NCBI RefSeq assembly: GCF_052099115.1
Contig: NZ_JBQDQS010000011.1
Reading direction: 5' to 3' (one strand)
DNA: 64,000 nucleotides
DNA from: Brachybacterium sp.
Lineage (GTDB): Bacteria > Actinomycetota > Actinomycetes > Actinomycetales > Dermabacteraceae
Position 1 is the stretch's first letter; every line of letters begins with the position of its first letter. The translations under genes were made by a program, and so were the position numbers. The notes beneath the pieces were generated by a model. It was not told where the DNA came from, searched no databases, and worked only from the letters and a program-made list of their open reading frames with translations. Below, piece after piece: positions 20,019-29,200 of the stretch.

Positions 20019-21091
20019 GCGAACAGGCAGCGCGCAGCGTTTCAGGCGCCGAGCCGAGCAGTGCCTCCCTGCCGTCGACGGAGAGCGCGCCGCCGCCCGC
20101 ACCGGACGAAGGAGGCCAGGGCGCGCGGGCCCGTCTCGGAGGCGGCGGGCTGGGCCGCAGCCTCGGACTCATCGTCGCCCTGCTGCTGATCTGCCTCGTG
20201 GGCGCCCTGACCAGCGGAGATCGTTTCCTCGATGTCGACAACGTCCTCACGATCGTCCGCGGAGCCGCGGTCATCGGAGTCGTCAGCATCGGCATGACCT
20301 TCGTCATCACCGCCGGCGGCATCGACCTGTCGGTGGGCTCGGTGCTGGGCCTCGCCAGCGTCTGGGCGACCACGCTGGCCACCCAGGCCATGGCCGAGGA
20401 CGTGCACTGGGTCGTGATGGTCTTCACCGGGGTGGCGGTCGGCACCGCGGCGGGCATCGTCAACGGGATCGTCGTCTCCTACGGCAAGGTCGTCTCCTTC
20501 ATCGCCACCTTCGCCATGCTGATCGCCGCCCGCGGTCTCGCCGAGATCATCTCCGGCCGCGGGACCCAGCTGGTCACCAATGACGGCTTCGACGACTTCT
20601 TCAACGGCAGCTTCCTGGGCGTGCCGACCATCGTGTGGATGTTCATCGTGGTGGCGGCACTGGGCTGGGTGGTGCTGAACCGGACCACCTTCGGCCGTCG
20701 CACCGTCGCGGTCGGCGGCAACGCGGAGGCCGCCCGCCTGGCGGGGATCAACATCCGGCGTCACACCGTCTACGTCTTCGCGCTCAGCGGCTTCACCGCC
20801 GGCCTCGCCGCCGTCATGATGCTCGGACGCACCGGGGCCGGCAGCTCGACCAACGGCATGCTGTACGAACTCGATGCGATCGCGGCCGTCGTCGTCGGCG
20901 GCACCCTCCTGGTCGGCGGGCGGGGCACGATCGTCGGCACCGTGATCGGTGTGCTCATCTTCCAGACGCTGACCAACGTCTTCGTGCTGAACAACCTGTC
21001 CACCTCGGTCCAGGCGCTGGTGCAGGGCGCGATCATCGTGATCGCGGTCCTCCTCCAGCAGCGTTTCGTCGTCCGCGCCAGATCGACGTGA
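20015..21091 (+). CDS. Monosaccharide ABC transporter permease (RbsC type)
   Basis: GMTFVITAGGIDLSVGS, RTTFGRRTVAVGGNAEAARLAGI, YELDAIAAVVVGGT. Confidence 0.95.
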   Translation: MSEQAARSVSGAEPSSASLPSTESAPPPAPDEGGQGARARLGGGGLGRSLGLIVALLLICLVGALTSGDRFLDVDNVLTIVRGAAVIGVVSIGMTFVITAGGIDLSVGSVLGLASVWATTLATQAMAEDVHWVVMVFTGVAVGTAAGIVNGIVVSYGKVVSFIATFAMLIAARGLAEIISGRGTQLVTNDGFDDFFNGSFLGVPTIVWMFIVVAALGWVVLNRTTFGRRTVAVGGNAEAARLAGINIRRHTVYVFALSGFTAGLAAVMMLGRTGAGSSTNGMLYELDAIAAVVVGGTLLVGGRGTIVGTVIGVLIFQTLTNVFVLNNLSTSVQALVQGAIIVIAVLLQQRFVVRARST

Positions 21092-21174
21092 CCGTGCGCG
21101 CTTTCCGGCCCTGGCTGACACGGCCCCGTCCTGCCCAGTCCGCATGTCCCTCACCACCCCAAGGAGCATCTCCC

Positions 21175-22236
21175 ATGACCGCATCACTGACGTTGCGTCG
21201 CCGTGTCACGGCCTCCCTCGCAGCCCTCGCCTCCGTAGCGCTGCTCGCTTCATGCACCGGCAATACGCCGGAGACCACCGGCGGAGGCGGCGGAGGCGGC
21301 GGTGACACCAATGCCGGCAGCAGCAACGACGACACCGGCGAGACCGTCACCATCGGCTTCTCCGCCCCGGCCGCCGATCACGGCTGGATGGGGTCGATGA
21401 GCACGCACGCGCAGAACCTGGCCGACGAGTACGACGACGTCGAGCTCCTGGTCGCCGAAGGGACCAACGACGTCAATCTGCAGATCAGCCAGATCGAGAC
21501 CTTCATCAACAACGACGAGATGGATGCGATCGTGGTGGTCCCCTTCGACGGCGGCGCCCTGACCGGCGTCGCACTGGAGGCGATGGAGGCCGGTATCCCG
21601 GTCATCAACGTGGACCGCGAGTTCTCCGACCCCAACGCCGCGCGGGTGACCGTGATGGGAGACAACTACGGGATGGGCCACAATGCCGGTGAGTACATCT
21701 GCGAGCAGGTGGGCGATGACCCCGAGGCCGTGGTCGCCGAGGTCACCGGCATCGCCTCCCTGCCCCTGACCGAGGAGCGCACCCAGGGCTTCGAGGACGC
21801 GCTCGGCGCATGCGGCCAGGAGGTCGACAACCGCGTCGCCGCGGACTTCACCGTCCAGGGTGGCGAATCCGCCACTGCGAACCTGCTGCAGGCCGCTCCG
21901 GAGATCGACGCGATCTGGAACCACGACGACGACCAGGGAGTGGGCGTGCTGGCGGCCATCGAGAACGCCGACCGCGACGAGTTCTTCATGGTCGGCGGTG
22001 CCGGCTCGGCGAACATGATGCGTCATATCCAGGAGGAGGACTCCGTGGTCGAGGCCACCGTGGTCTACCCCTCCAGCCAGGCCGCCAACGGCGTGGCGCT
22101 GGCGCGGCTGCTGGCCCAGGAGAAGTCGCTCTCCGACCTCGTCGAGAACGAGGTTCCCCGCCAGGTCCAGCTCTTCGCCCCGGTGGTGACGAAGGAGAAC
22201 GTCGACCAGTACATCGACTCGGCCTTCGAGTCCTGA
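21175..22236 (+). CDS. Sugar ABC transporter substrate-binding lipoprotein (RbsB-like)
   Basis: AAGGAG SD; lipobox LLASC; poly-Gly linker; APAADHGW, GIPVINVDR, WNHDDDQGVG. Confidence 0.92.
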   Translation: MTASLTLRRRVTASLAALASVALLASCTGNTPETTGGGGGGGGDTNAGSSNDDTGETVTIGFSAPAADHGWMGSMSTHAQNLADEYDDVELLVAEGTNDVNLQISQIETFINNDEMDAIVVVPFDGGALTGVALEAMEAGIPVINVDREFSDPNAARVTVMGDNYGMGHNAGEYICEQVGDDPEAVVAEVTGIASLPLTEERTQGFEDALGACGQEVDNRVAADFTVQGGESATANLLQAAPEIDAIWNHDDDQGVGVLAAIENADRDEFFMVGGAGSANMMRHIQEEDSVVEATVVYPSSQAANGVALARLLAQEKSLSDLVENEVPRQVQLFAPVVTKENVDQYIDSAFES

Positions 22237-22267
22237 ACACCCGGCACAGAGAGCTCAGAGCACAGAG

Positions 22268-22315
22268 AGCAGGGAACGGGCCCGTCACTTGTCGGTGACG
22301 GGCCCGTTCCCTGCT
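22268..22315. terminator. 21-bp perfect hairpin between convergent SBP and lsr2 genes (bidirectional terminator)
   Basis: agcagggaacgggcccgtcac-ttgtcg-gtgacgggcccgttccctgct. Confidence 0.8.
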
Positions 22316-22359
22316 GAGAGTCTCCTCGATCGCTCGACGCGACCGGGGAGACGGAGAAC

Positions 22360-22689
22360 TCACTCCGCGTGAGCCTCTTCGTACGCCTTGCGGATGGTGC
22401 CGGAGATGCGGCCGCGATCCGGGACCTCGTAGCCGGCCCCGCGAGCCCACTCACGAATCCGAGCGGAATCGTTCGAGCTGCTGCGGGCGGGAGCGGTTCC
22501 GCGAGAACGACGACCGCCCACCCGACGCGCCTTCTCGACCCAGCTGCCGAGTTCCTCGCGGAACGTCGAGGCATTGGCCTCCGACAGGTCGATCTCGTAC
22601 GCGACTCCGTCCAGGGCGAAGCTGACTGTCTCCGCGGCCGTCTCTCCACTGAGATCGTCGATGAGCTCCACGTAGGTCTTCCGTGCCAT
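22360..22689 (-). CDS. lsr2: Nucleoid-associated protein Lsr2
   Basis: MARKTYVELIDDL, VSFALDGVAYEIDLS, IREWAR..GYEVPDRGRI (RGR AT-hook). Confidence 0.95.
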   Translation of the reverse strand: MARKTYVELIDDLSGETAAETVSFALDGVAYEIDLSEANASTFREELGSWVEKARRVGGRRSRGTAPARSSSNDSARIREWARGAGYEVPDRGRISGTIRKAYEEAHAE

Positions 22690-22805
22690 AGGGGTTCTCC
22701 CTTGCTGGTCTGATGACATAGTTTCGTGCGAACTCTGGTGAGCTCGCCATCCGCCACCAGTATCAGTCGAGAAGACCTGGATTTCAATCTGATACCGATA
22801 TCAGT

Positions 22806-22988
22806 TCAGGCGGAGTGATTCTGTTCATCGCCCTCGCGGAGTTCGCGGTATTCCCGTTCCGCCTCGCGCTCGACCTCTCGTTCGTGACGGTCCGCGCGCA
22901 TTACCGCGCGCATCACGAACCAGAAAAGGAGCCCCACCCCGAGGGAAGGCAGCAGCGCCCCGGCTTCGAACCAGAACCCGGAATCCAT
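22806..22988 (-). CDS. Small single-TM hypothetical protein (60 aa)
   Basis: Starts 1 nt after the lysS stop; LLPSLGVGLLFWFVMRAVMRADR followed by a charged helix. Confidence 0.7.
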   Translation of the reverse strand: MDSGFWFEAGALLPSLGVGLLFWFVMRAVMRADRHEREVEREAEREYRELREGDEQNHSA

Positions 22989-22989
22989 C

Positions 22990-24498
22990 TCAGGCCTCCG
23001 GCTTCACGAGCGGGAAGAGAATGGTGTCACGGATCCCCAGGCCGGTCAGCGCCATGAGCAATCGGTCCATGCCCATGCCCATGCCGCCCGTCGGCGGCAG
23101 CGCGTACTCCATCGCCTCGAGGAAATCCTCGTCCAGGCGCATCGCCTCGTCATCGCCCTGGGCGGCGAGCTGTGCCTGCTGAGCGAACCGCTCGCGCTGG
23201 ATCACCGGGTCCACGAGCTCCGAATAGCCGGTGCCGAGCTCGAACCCGCGCACGTAGAGGTCCCACTTCTCGACCACGCCGGGCTGGGAGCGATGCGCCC
23301 GCACCAGCGGGCTGGTCTCGACCGGGAAGTCGCGCACGAAGGTCGGTTCGTAGAGATGATCGCCGACCCGGTCCTCGAACAGCTCCTCGACGAGCTTTCC
23401 GTGGCCGAACTTCGGGTGATCGAGATCGAGATCGAGGCGGCGGGCGATCTCGCGGAGCCGCTGAGGAGTGGTTTCCGGGGTGATCTCCTCGCCGAGCGAT
23501 TCCGAGAGAGATCCGTAGATGGTGATCTGCGCCCAGTCACCCGAGAAATCGTACTCGGAGCCGTCGGCGAGGGTGACCACCTGGGATCCGGTGGCGTGCT
23601 CCGCCGCCTCCTGCACGAGCCGCTGGGTGAGATCACCGATGGTGTCGTAGTCCCCGTATGCCTCATATGCCTCGAGCATCGCGAACTCCGGGGAATGCGT
23701 GGAATCTGCGCCTTCGTTGCGGAAATTGCGGTTGATCTCGAAGACCTTCTCGAGACCGCCGACGGCGGCCCTCTTCAGGAACAGCTCGGGGGCGATCCGC
23801 AGGTAGAGGTCCAGGTCGAAGGCATTCATGTGGGTGACGAACGGGCGTGCCGCGGCACCGGAGGGGATCACCTGCAGCATCGGCGTCTCCACCTCGACGA
23901 AGTCGCGGTCGTGGAACGAGGAGCGCAGCGAGTGCATGACCCGGGCCCGCTGTCGCACGGTGTCCCGGGCCTCCTGGCGCACGATGAGATCGACGTAGCG
24001 GTGCCGGACCTGCGACTCCTCGGAGAGGCCGGCATGGAGGACCGGGAGCGGACGCACGGCCTTCGCCGCCATCTGCCAGGTGTCGGCGAAGATGCTCAGC
24101 TCTCCGCGGCGCGACGCCCCCGCCCGGCCGTGGAAGAAGACGTGGTCGCCGAGGTCGACGTCGGCCTTGAGGTCGGCGAGCCGCTCCTCGCCGATGACCG
24201 CCTGGGAGGCCATGATCTGGAGACGCTCCCCGGCCCCGTCCTGGAGGGTGATGAAGGCCAGCTTGCCGGTGTTGCGCTGGAAGACGACGCGGCCGGCGAC
24301 GCCGACGACGTCCTGCGTCTCCTCACCGGCCTCGAGGTGGCCGTACCGGGCACGCACCTCGGCGATGGTGGTGGTCACCGGCACCGAGACGGGATAGGCC
24401 TCCTCGCCGCGCCCCAGCAACCGCTCCCGCTTGGACTTGCGGACCGCGACCTGGTCGGAGGTGTCCGTCGTGTCGAGGGCAGGGGAATTCTCGCTCAT
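22990..24498 (-). CDS. lysS: Lysine--tRNA ligase (class II)
   Basis: OB-fold [59 protein letters not shown]. Confidence 0.97.
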   Translation of the reverse strand: MSENSPALDTTDTSDQVAVRKSKRERLLGRGEEAYPVSVPVTTTIAEVRARYGHLEAGEETQDVVGVAGRVVFQRNTGKLAFITLQDGAGERLQIMASQAVIGEERLADLKADVDLGDHVFFHGRAGASRRGELSIFADTWQMAAKAVRPLPVLHAGLSEESQVRHRYVDLIVRQEARDTVRQRARVMHSLRSSFHDRDFVEVETPMLQVIPSGAAARPFVTHMNAFDLDLYLRIAPELFLKRAAVGGLEKVFEINRNFRNEGADSTHSPEFAMLEAYEAYGDYDTIGDLTQRLVQEAAEHATGSQVVTLADGSEYDFSGDWAQITIYGSLSESLGEEITPETTPQRLREIARRLDLDLDHPKFGHGKLVEELFEDRVGDHLYEPTFVRDFPVETSPLVRAHRSQPGVVEKWDLYVRGFELGTGYSELVDPVIQRERFAQQAQLAAQGDDEAMRLDEDFLEAMEYALPPTGGMGMGMDRLLMALTGLGIRDTILFPLVKPEA

Positions 24499-24540
24499 GG
24501 CGCGATTGTCTCATCACTGCCGCTGAGAATGCCCGTTCGC

Positions 24541-25416
24541 TCAGGGTGCTGTCGCGACTGCCACAGCGGCGTCCAGCAGCCGGGTGCCCTCGACGGTGCC
24601 GGCGAGCGCCACCAGCACCTCCCCGCGGTGCTCCGGACCGACCGGCTCGAGGGAGGTCGGGTCCAGGGCATGGGCGTAGTCCCAGTCGATCTCCGCGCGC
24701 TGAACCGCCGCGGCGAGCGCGGCCCGGATCCCGCCCACCGAGGGGGCGGCCGCGAGCGCGGCGGCGATCGTGCGGGACAGGACGAGCGCCTGTTCCCGGC
24801 CCGCAGGGCTGAGATAGGCGTTGCGGCTGGAGCGGGCCAGGCCCGTCGGCTCGCGCTGGATCTCGACGGGTTCGATCCGCACCGGCAGGTCGAGGTCGGC
24901 GACCAGGCGCTGGATGATCGCCAGCTGCTGGGCGTCCTTGCGGCCGAACACGCTGACGTGCGGGGCGGTCAGCTGCAGCAGCTTGGCCACCACGGTCACC
25001 ACACCGTCGAAGTGGCCCGGACGGGCCGCGCCTTCGAGGATCGTGCCTGCGTGACCGGCGGTGACGGAGACCATCGGTGGGTAGGCCGGGTACATCTCCG
25101 GGATCGACGGGGCGAAGACCACGTCGACCAGTCCGTCCACCAGGGCCAGATCCGCCTCCAGGGTGCGCGGGTAGGCCTCGAGGTCCTCTCCGGGGCCGAA
25201 CTGGAGGGGGTTGACGAAGTCGGTGAGGATGACGTGGTCGGCGAGCTCCCGGGCGCGGAGCACGAGCGCCAGGTGGCCGTCGTGCAGAGCGCCCATGGTG
25301 AGCACTGCGGCGACGGTGCCGTCCATGGCGGTGCGCCGCTGCCGCAGCTCGTCCTTGGTCCGCACCAGTGCAGTGATCGGGCGGTGCGCGCTGTGAGACG
25401 GCGGGTCCTGGATCAT
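24541..25416 (-). CDS. panC: Pantoate--beta-alanine ligase
   Basis: TMGALHDGHL, FVNPLQF, RPGHFDGV, FGRKDAQQ, GLARSSRNAYL, TRLLD. Confidence 0.95.
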   Translation of the reverse strand: MIQDPPSHSAHRPITALVRTKDELRQRRTAMDGTVAAVLTMGALHDGHLALVLRARELADHVILTDFVNPLQFGPGEDLEAYPRTLEADLALVDGLVDVVFAPSIPEMYPAYPPMVSVTAGHAGTILEGAARPGHFDGVVTVVAKLLQLTAPHVSVFGRKDAQQLAIIQRLVADLDLPVRIEPVEIQREPTGLARSSRNAYLSPAGREQALVLSRTIAAALAAAPSVGGIRAALAAAVQRAEIDWDYAHALDPTSLEPVGPEHRGEVLVALAGTVEGTRLLDAAVAVATAP

Positions 25417-26318
25417 GCGTCGTCCTCCCTGGGCGGCTGGTCCTCCAGCAGCACCCGGATGCTCGCCCGGGTGTCCTCCGGGAGTCTGGCACGGGACAGT
25501 GCCGCGAGCGCCAGCGCGCGATAGGTGGCGGAGACGTCTCCGCGCTCCCCCGGCGTGCCGGTGGCGTCCAGGTCCGCCAGTGCGTCCAGGTGCGCGCCGA
25601 CGGTGCCGGCGTCCCCCCGCACGACCGGCCCGGTCAGCGCCTTCGCACCGTGGCGGAGGGACTCGTCCAGGGCCGCCTCCAGCAGCGGCCGCAGATAGGC
25701 GCCGGGATCCTCGATCCCGAGCCGGAAGAGGGCCTCGCGCGCCTGATCCACGAGGACCACCAGGTGATTGGCGGCGTGTGCGAGACCCGCATGGTAGAGC
25801 GGCCGGTCGCCCTCGGCGATCACCACGGACTCCCCGCCGAGCTCGACCGCGAGCGCGGCGGCGATCGGCAGCAGATCGGGGGCGGCGGTGATCCCCATCG
25901 GGCAGCCGATCAGCCGGGCGAGGTCCGCTCGGGTGCCGGTGAAGGTCATCGCAGGATGCAGGGCGAGGGTCGCGCTGCCGGCCCGGGCCAGCGGTGCCAG
26001 CACCTCGGTGCCGTAGCGGCCCGAGGTGTGCACGACCAGCTGACCGCCGGGGGCCATGCCGGTCGCGGCGATGCCGGCGGCCAGCGGCGCCAGCTGATCG
26101 TCGGGGATGCTCAGCAGCAGCATCTCGCTGCGTTCGACGATCGCGGGGACGTCCAGCAGCGGCACGCCGGGCAGCAGCTCGGCGGCGCGCTCCCGGGAGC
26201 CGTCGGAGACGGCATAGGCCCCGGTCACCGCATGCCCCTGCGCACGCAGCGCCGCGCCGAGCACGGCGCCGACCCGGCCGGCGCCGATCACGCCGATGCC
26301 GAGGCGCGGCGGGGTCAC
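25413..26318 (-). CDS. Rossmann-like + DUF2520 protein (Rv3603c/PanG-like)
   Basis: GTG start; GVIGAGRVG, VVHTSGRYG, LALHPAMTF, YHAGLAHAANHL, LTGPVVRGDAGTV. Confidence 0.85.
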   Translation of the reverse strand: MTPPRLGIGVIGAGRVGAVLGAALRAQGHAVTGAYAVSDGSRERAAELLPGVPLLDVPAIVERSEMLLLSIPDDQLAPLAAGIAATGMAPGGQLVVHTSGRYGTEVLAPLARAGSATLALHPAMTFTGTRADLARLIGCPMGITAAPDLLPIAAALAVELGGESVVIAEGDRPLYHAGLAHAANHLVVLVDQAREALFRLGIEDPGAYLRPLLEAALDESLRHGAKALTGPVVRGDAGTVGAHLDALADLDATGTPGERGDVSATYRALALAALSRARLPEDTRASIRVLLEDQPPREDDA

Positions 26319-27985
26319 TGCGCTGCCCCGGGCGTCACCGCGGAGGTACCGGCGGCCGCCAGGGCGGGCTGGGGCCAGTGCTCCCGGTCCCGGTAGCGGC
26401 GGAGGGTGGCGGCGTCGCGGGCGAGCACGGCGTGGAGGGCGAGGAGCTCGTGACGGGGCAGATTGCTCACCGTCACCGTCGCCCCGGCGATCCCCACCTG
26501 CAGATCCAGGACATCGAGCCTCCGGCTCAAGGGGCCGTCGTCGACGGAGAGCTGCTGGAGACGCTCCCGCGGGACGATCGAGATGTGCTTGGTCAGCAGT
26601 CCCCCACGAGTGATGAGCGCACCGGGCAGCAGCACCGTCACCTCGGTGCGACGGGCGATCCAGTACGCCCGCACCCGCGTGCGCAGTCCGTCGATCTCGC
26701 GGGCCGGGGCAGTGAGCAGGTGCTCGAGGGCGGCGAGGTCGTCCGAGGTGCCCAGCGGCACGGCGAGGTGGCCGAGGGTCGCCCACAGCTCCTCGCGGGT
26801 GCCGACGGGAAGCACGTTCTCGGCGCCGTTCTCGCTGTCATCGTCGATGCCGGCGACCGTGGCGGTGGCAGCGGTCCACCCGGGTCCGCGCCAGAGCAGG
26901 GGGCGGCGCAGCTCGATGCGCTGGATGCGCCCGGAGACGATGTTGTCGGTACGGGTGTTGGCCAGGCCCCGGCGCATCCGCAGGCCGCGCTCGGTGATCC
27001 GGGAGACGAAGCCCCAGCCGGATTCGATCCGGCCGAAGATGTACTTCGGCACGGCGATCGCGGCGGGCGCCAGGGCGATGAACATCGCGACGTTGATCCC
27101 GTCCTGCCAGATCGCCAGCGTCACCGCGACGGCGACGCCGACGATGCTCATCACCACGCCGATGACGAAGCCGACGTCTCGCAGCAGGGAACGCACGAGC
27201 CGTTCGGTCGGCACCTCGGCGATCAGCTCGCCGTCGGTGACCCCATCGTTCAGGAACCGCTCGAGCCTCCCCGAGGCATCGCCGGCGTCGCGGGGATCCT
27301 GCACGGCACCCTCCCCGGGCGCCGCGGGAGCCGTCCCCCCGGCAGCGGCCTCCGGAGCCCCGTCGCCGGGCGTCTGCGGGACCGCGCGCTCGGCGATGCC
27401 GAGGATGCCTCGTCGGAGGTCTTCCGCCGCGGCGGCCTTCACGTACTCGATGTCGAGATAGGACTCGCCGCCCCCGGCGACCTCGACCCGCACCTTCGCG
27501 AGTCCCAGCAGCCGGGCCAGCAGCGGGCGCTCGACGGAGACCGATTCGATGCGGGCACGGGGCGCGTACTCGCGGGAACGTCTGATCATGCCCGTGTGCA
27601 GGGAGACACCTCCCTCATCGACCGCGTAGGTGGTGAACCACCAGCTGAGTGTCGAGAACACGATCGCGAGGAGCGCAGCGACCAGCAGCACGCCCGCCCC
27701 GATGAGCGCCCGCCGGATCGTGAACTCGTCGAGCAGCTGGGCGACGTTCTGCGCCGCGATCACCGCGATCACGCCCACCACGAGCTTCCAGCCGGTCACC
27801 AGTGGGGTGATCGGGTGGGTGCGGCGGCGCGGGGTGGAGGGGTCCGGTGCGGTCGCGGTCGAGGGATCGGCGGGGGCCGGGACCGCGGCCGACGGATCAG
27901 TGGTGGTGCCGGCCGAGGACCCGGCTCCGGCCTCGCCGGGTGCCGGGTCGCTCTGGCTGGAGGGGCTGGACAGCGGATTGTTCAC
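26315..27985 (-). CDS. Bacterial PH-domain membrane protein (YdbT-like)
   Basis: RTHPITPL, TM helices, RIESVSVERPLLARLLGLAKVRVEVAGG, RIQRIELRRPLLWR, RLQQLSVDDGPLSRRL (three bPH repeats). Confidence 0.8.
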   Translation of the reverse strand: MNNPLSSPSSQSDPAPGEAGAGSSAGTTTDPSAAVPAPADPSTATAPDPSTPRRRTHPITPLVTGWKLVVGVIAVIAAQNVAQLLDEFTIRRALIGAGVLLVAALLAIVFSTLSWWFTTYAVDEGGVSLHTGMIRRSREYAPRARIESVSVERPLLARLLGLAKVRVEVAGGGESYLDIEYVKAAAAEDLRRGILGIAERAVPQTPGDGAPEAAAGGTAPAAPGEGAVQDPRDAGDASGRLERFLNDGVTDGELIAEVPTERLVRSLLRDVGFVIGVVMSIVGVAVAVTLAIWQDGINVAMFIALAPAAIAVPKYIFGRIESGWGFVSRITERGLRMRRGLANTRTDNIVSGRIQRIELRRPLLWRGPGWTAATATVAGIDDDSENGAENVLPVGTREELWATLGHLAVPLGTSDDLAALEHLLTAPAREIDGLRTRVRAYWIARRTEVTVLLPGALITRGGLLTKHISIVPRERLQQLSVDDGPLSRRLDVLDLQVGIAGATVTVSNLPRHELLALHAVLARDAATLRRYRDREHWPQPALAAAGTSAVTPGAAQ

Positions 27986-28587
27986 AGCGCCGCCATCAGG
28001 TCGACGCCGCGATCGGTGAGCAGGGTCCGCAGACGCTCTGCCTCGGCCTTGGGCAGCCCCGGCAGCGCCTCGGTGCCGCCGCCCGCGGCGGTGGTGATCG
28101 TGAGGGTCGCCAGGCCGTAGCGCCGCTCGATCGGGCCCTCCCCGATCTTGACGGACTGGACGCGGCCGTACGGGATCGTATGGACGGAGCGGAACATGAT
28201 GCCGCTGGCGATCGTGAGGTCCTCCTCCTCGTCCAGGTAGCCGATGGCTCGCACCCGGCGCGGAGTCAGCAGCAGGTGCTGGAGGATCAGCAGCAGCGGC
28301 AGCACGGCGCAGGCCGCGATCCACCACCATCCGGTCAGCACGGTGCCCACGATCGCGGCGATGATCAGCAGCAGCCAGAAGACGTTCCCGGCGATGCCGC
28401 CCAGGTAACGGGCGGGGATCAGCTTCGGGGAGACCGGGCGCAGCGCCTCCGCCCCGAGCAGACCGGCGGGGTCATCGGAGAGGGTGCGGGCGGGCACCTC
28501 GGGGGCGGCAGGAGCTGCCATCGGGGCCTGGTCGCCGGGTGCGAGGGATGCGGCGGGCGGCTCGTGGGGATCGGGCGCGGAGGTCAT
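27982..28587 (-). CDS. Bacterial PH-domain membrane protein (YdbS-like)
   Basis: Two TM helices, then TIPYGRVQSVKIGEGPIERRYGLATLTITTAAG. Confidence 0.82.
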   Translation of the reverse strand: MTSAPDPHEPPAASLAPGDQAPMAAPAAPEVPARTLSDDPAGLLGAEALRPVSPKLIPARYLGGIAGNVFWLLLIIAAIVGTVLTGWWWIAACAVLPLLLILQHLLLTPRRVRAIGYLDEEEDLTIASGIMFRSVHTIPYGRVQSVKIGEGPIERRYGLATLTITTAAGGGTEALPGLPKAEAERLRTLLTDRGVDLMAAL

Positions 28588-28690
28588 GGGAGCTATCGTG
28601 TCATCCCGCGGCCCCGGTCTGCTCCGCCAGGAGTGGGAGGAAGATCCGCCGAAGGTCGAACAGGGGCGGGCGCCTCCGGGGACGAACGGC

Positions 28691-29200
28691 TCAGCCGCCG
28701 GCTCCTGCGCCCTCCGGCGACCCTTCGCCGTCGTCGGGCGGCAGATGGCCCCAGCGCTCGACGACCACGCCCAGCACTGCCAGCACGATCCCGGCGAGGG
28801 CCGCCGCGGCGGTGGGCAGGATCCCCCGCCACGGATCACCGGTGCCGGTCAGGAGCAGGAACAGCGCCTGCCCCGCGAAGATCCCGCCGACCACCGCGCC
28901 GGTGTAGGCGCAGGCCCGGGCGAGCAGCACGGTGCGATAGGCGGTGGGCAGGTCGATCTGGTGGCGCCGCGGGGCGAAGCTGGGGCGCTCGCGACGCTCG
29001 GCGCTCTCGAGCATGTAGCGCCGCAGCGGCAGCCCGAACAGCAGCAGCACTGCGCTCAGCACCAGCAGCACCACCGTGGTGAGCCAGCCGGCGAGCGGAA
29101 GGGTGTGGCCGCGGGCGGCCAGGGTCTCCAGCATCTGCGCCCCGAAACCCGCGCCGACCACCAGGATCAGCGCCAGGACCGGTATGTTCAGGGGTCTCAC
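28691..29200 (-). CDS. DUF3180-family membrane protein
   Basis: GTG overlapping the folK stop; LLARACAYTGAVVGG, VVERWGHLPPDD; usual position after folK. Confidence 0.78.
   Translation of the reverse strand: MRPLNIPVLALILVVGAGFGAQMLETLAARGHTLPLAGWLTTVVLLVLSAVLLLFGLPLRRYMLESAERRERPSFAPRRHQIDLPTAYRTVLLARACAYTGAVVGGIFAGQALFLLLTGTGDPWRGILPTAAAALAGIVLAVLGVVVERWGHLPPDDGEGSPEGAGAGG

Noticed and set aside
24499-24540. T-box or attenuator before lysS (and before cysS at 45140-45243)
   Set aside because: No T-box motif or U-tailed hairpin; both genes look leaderless.
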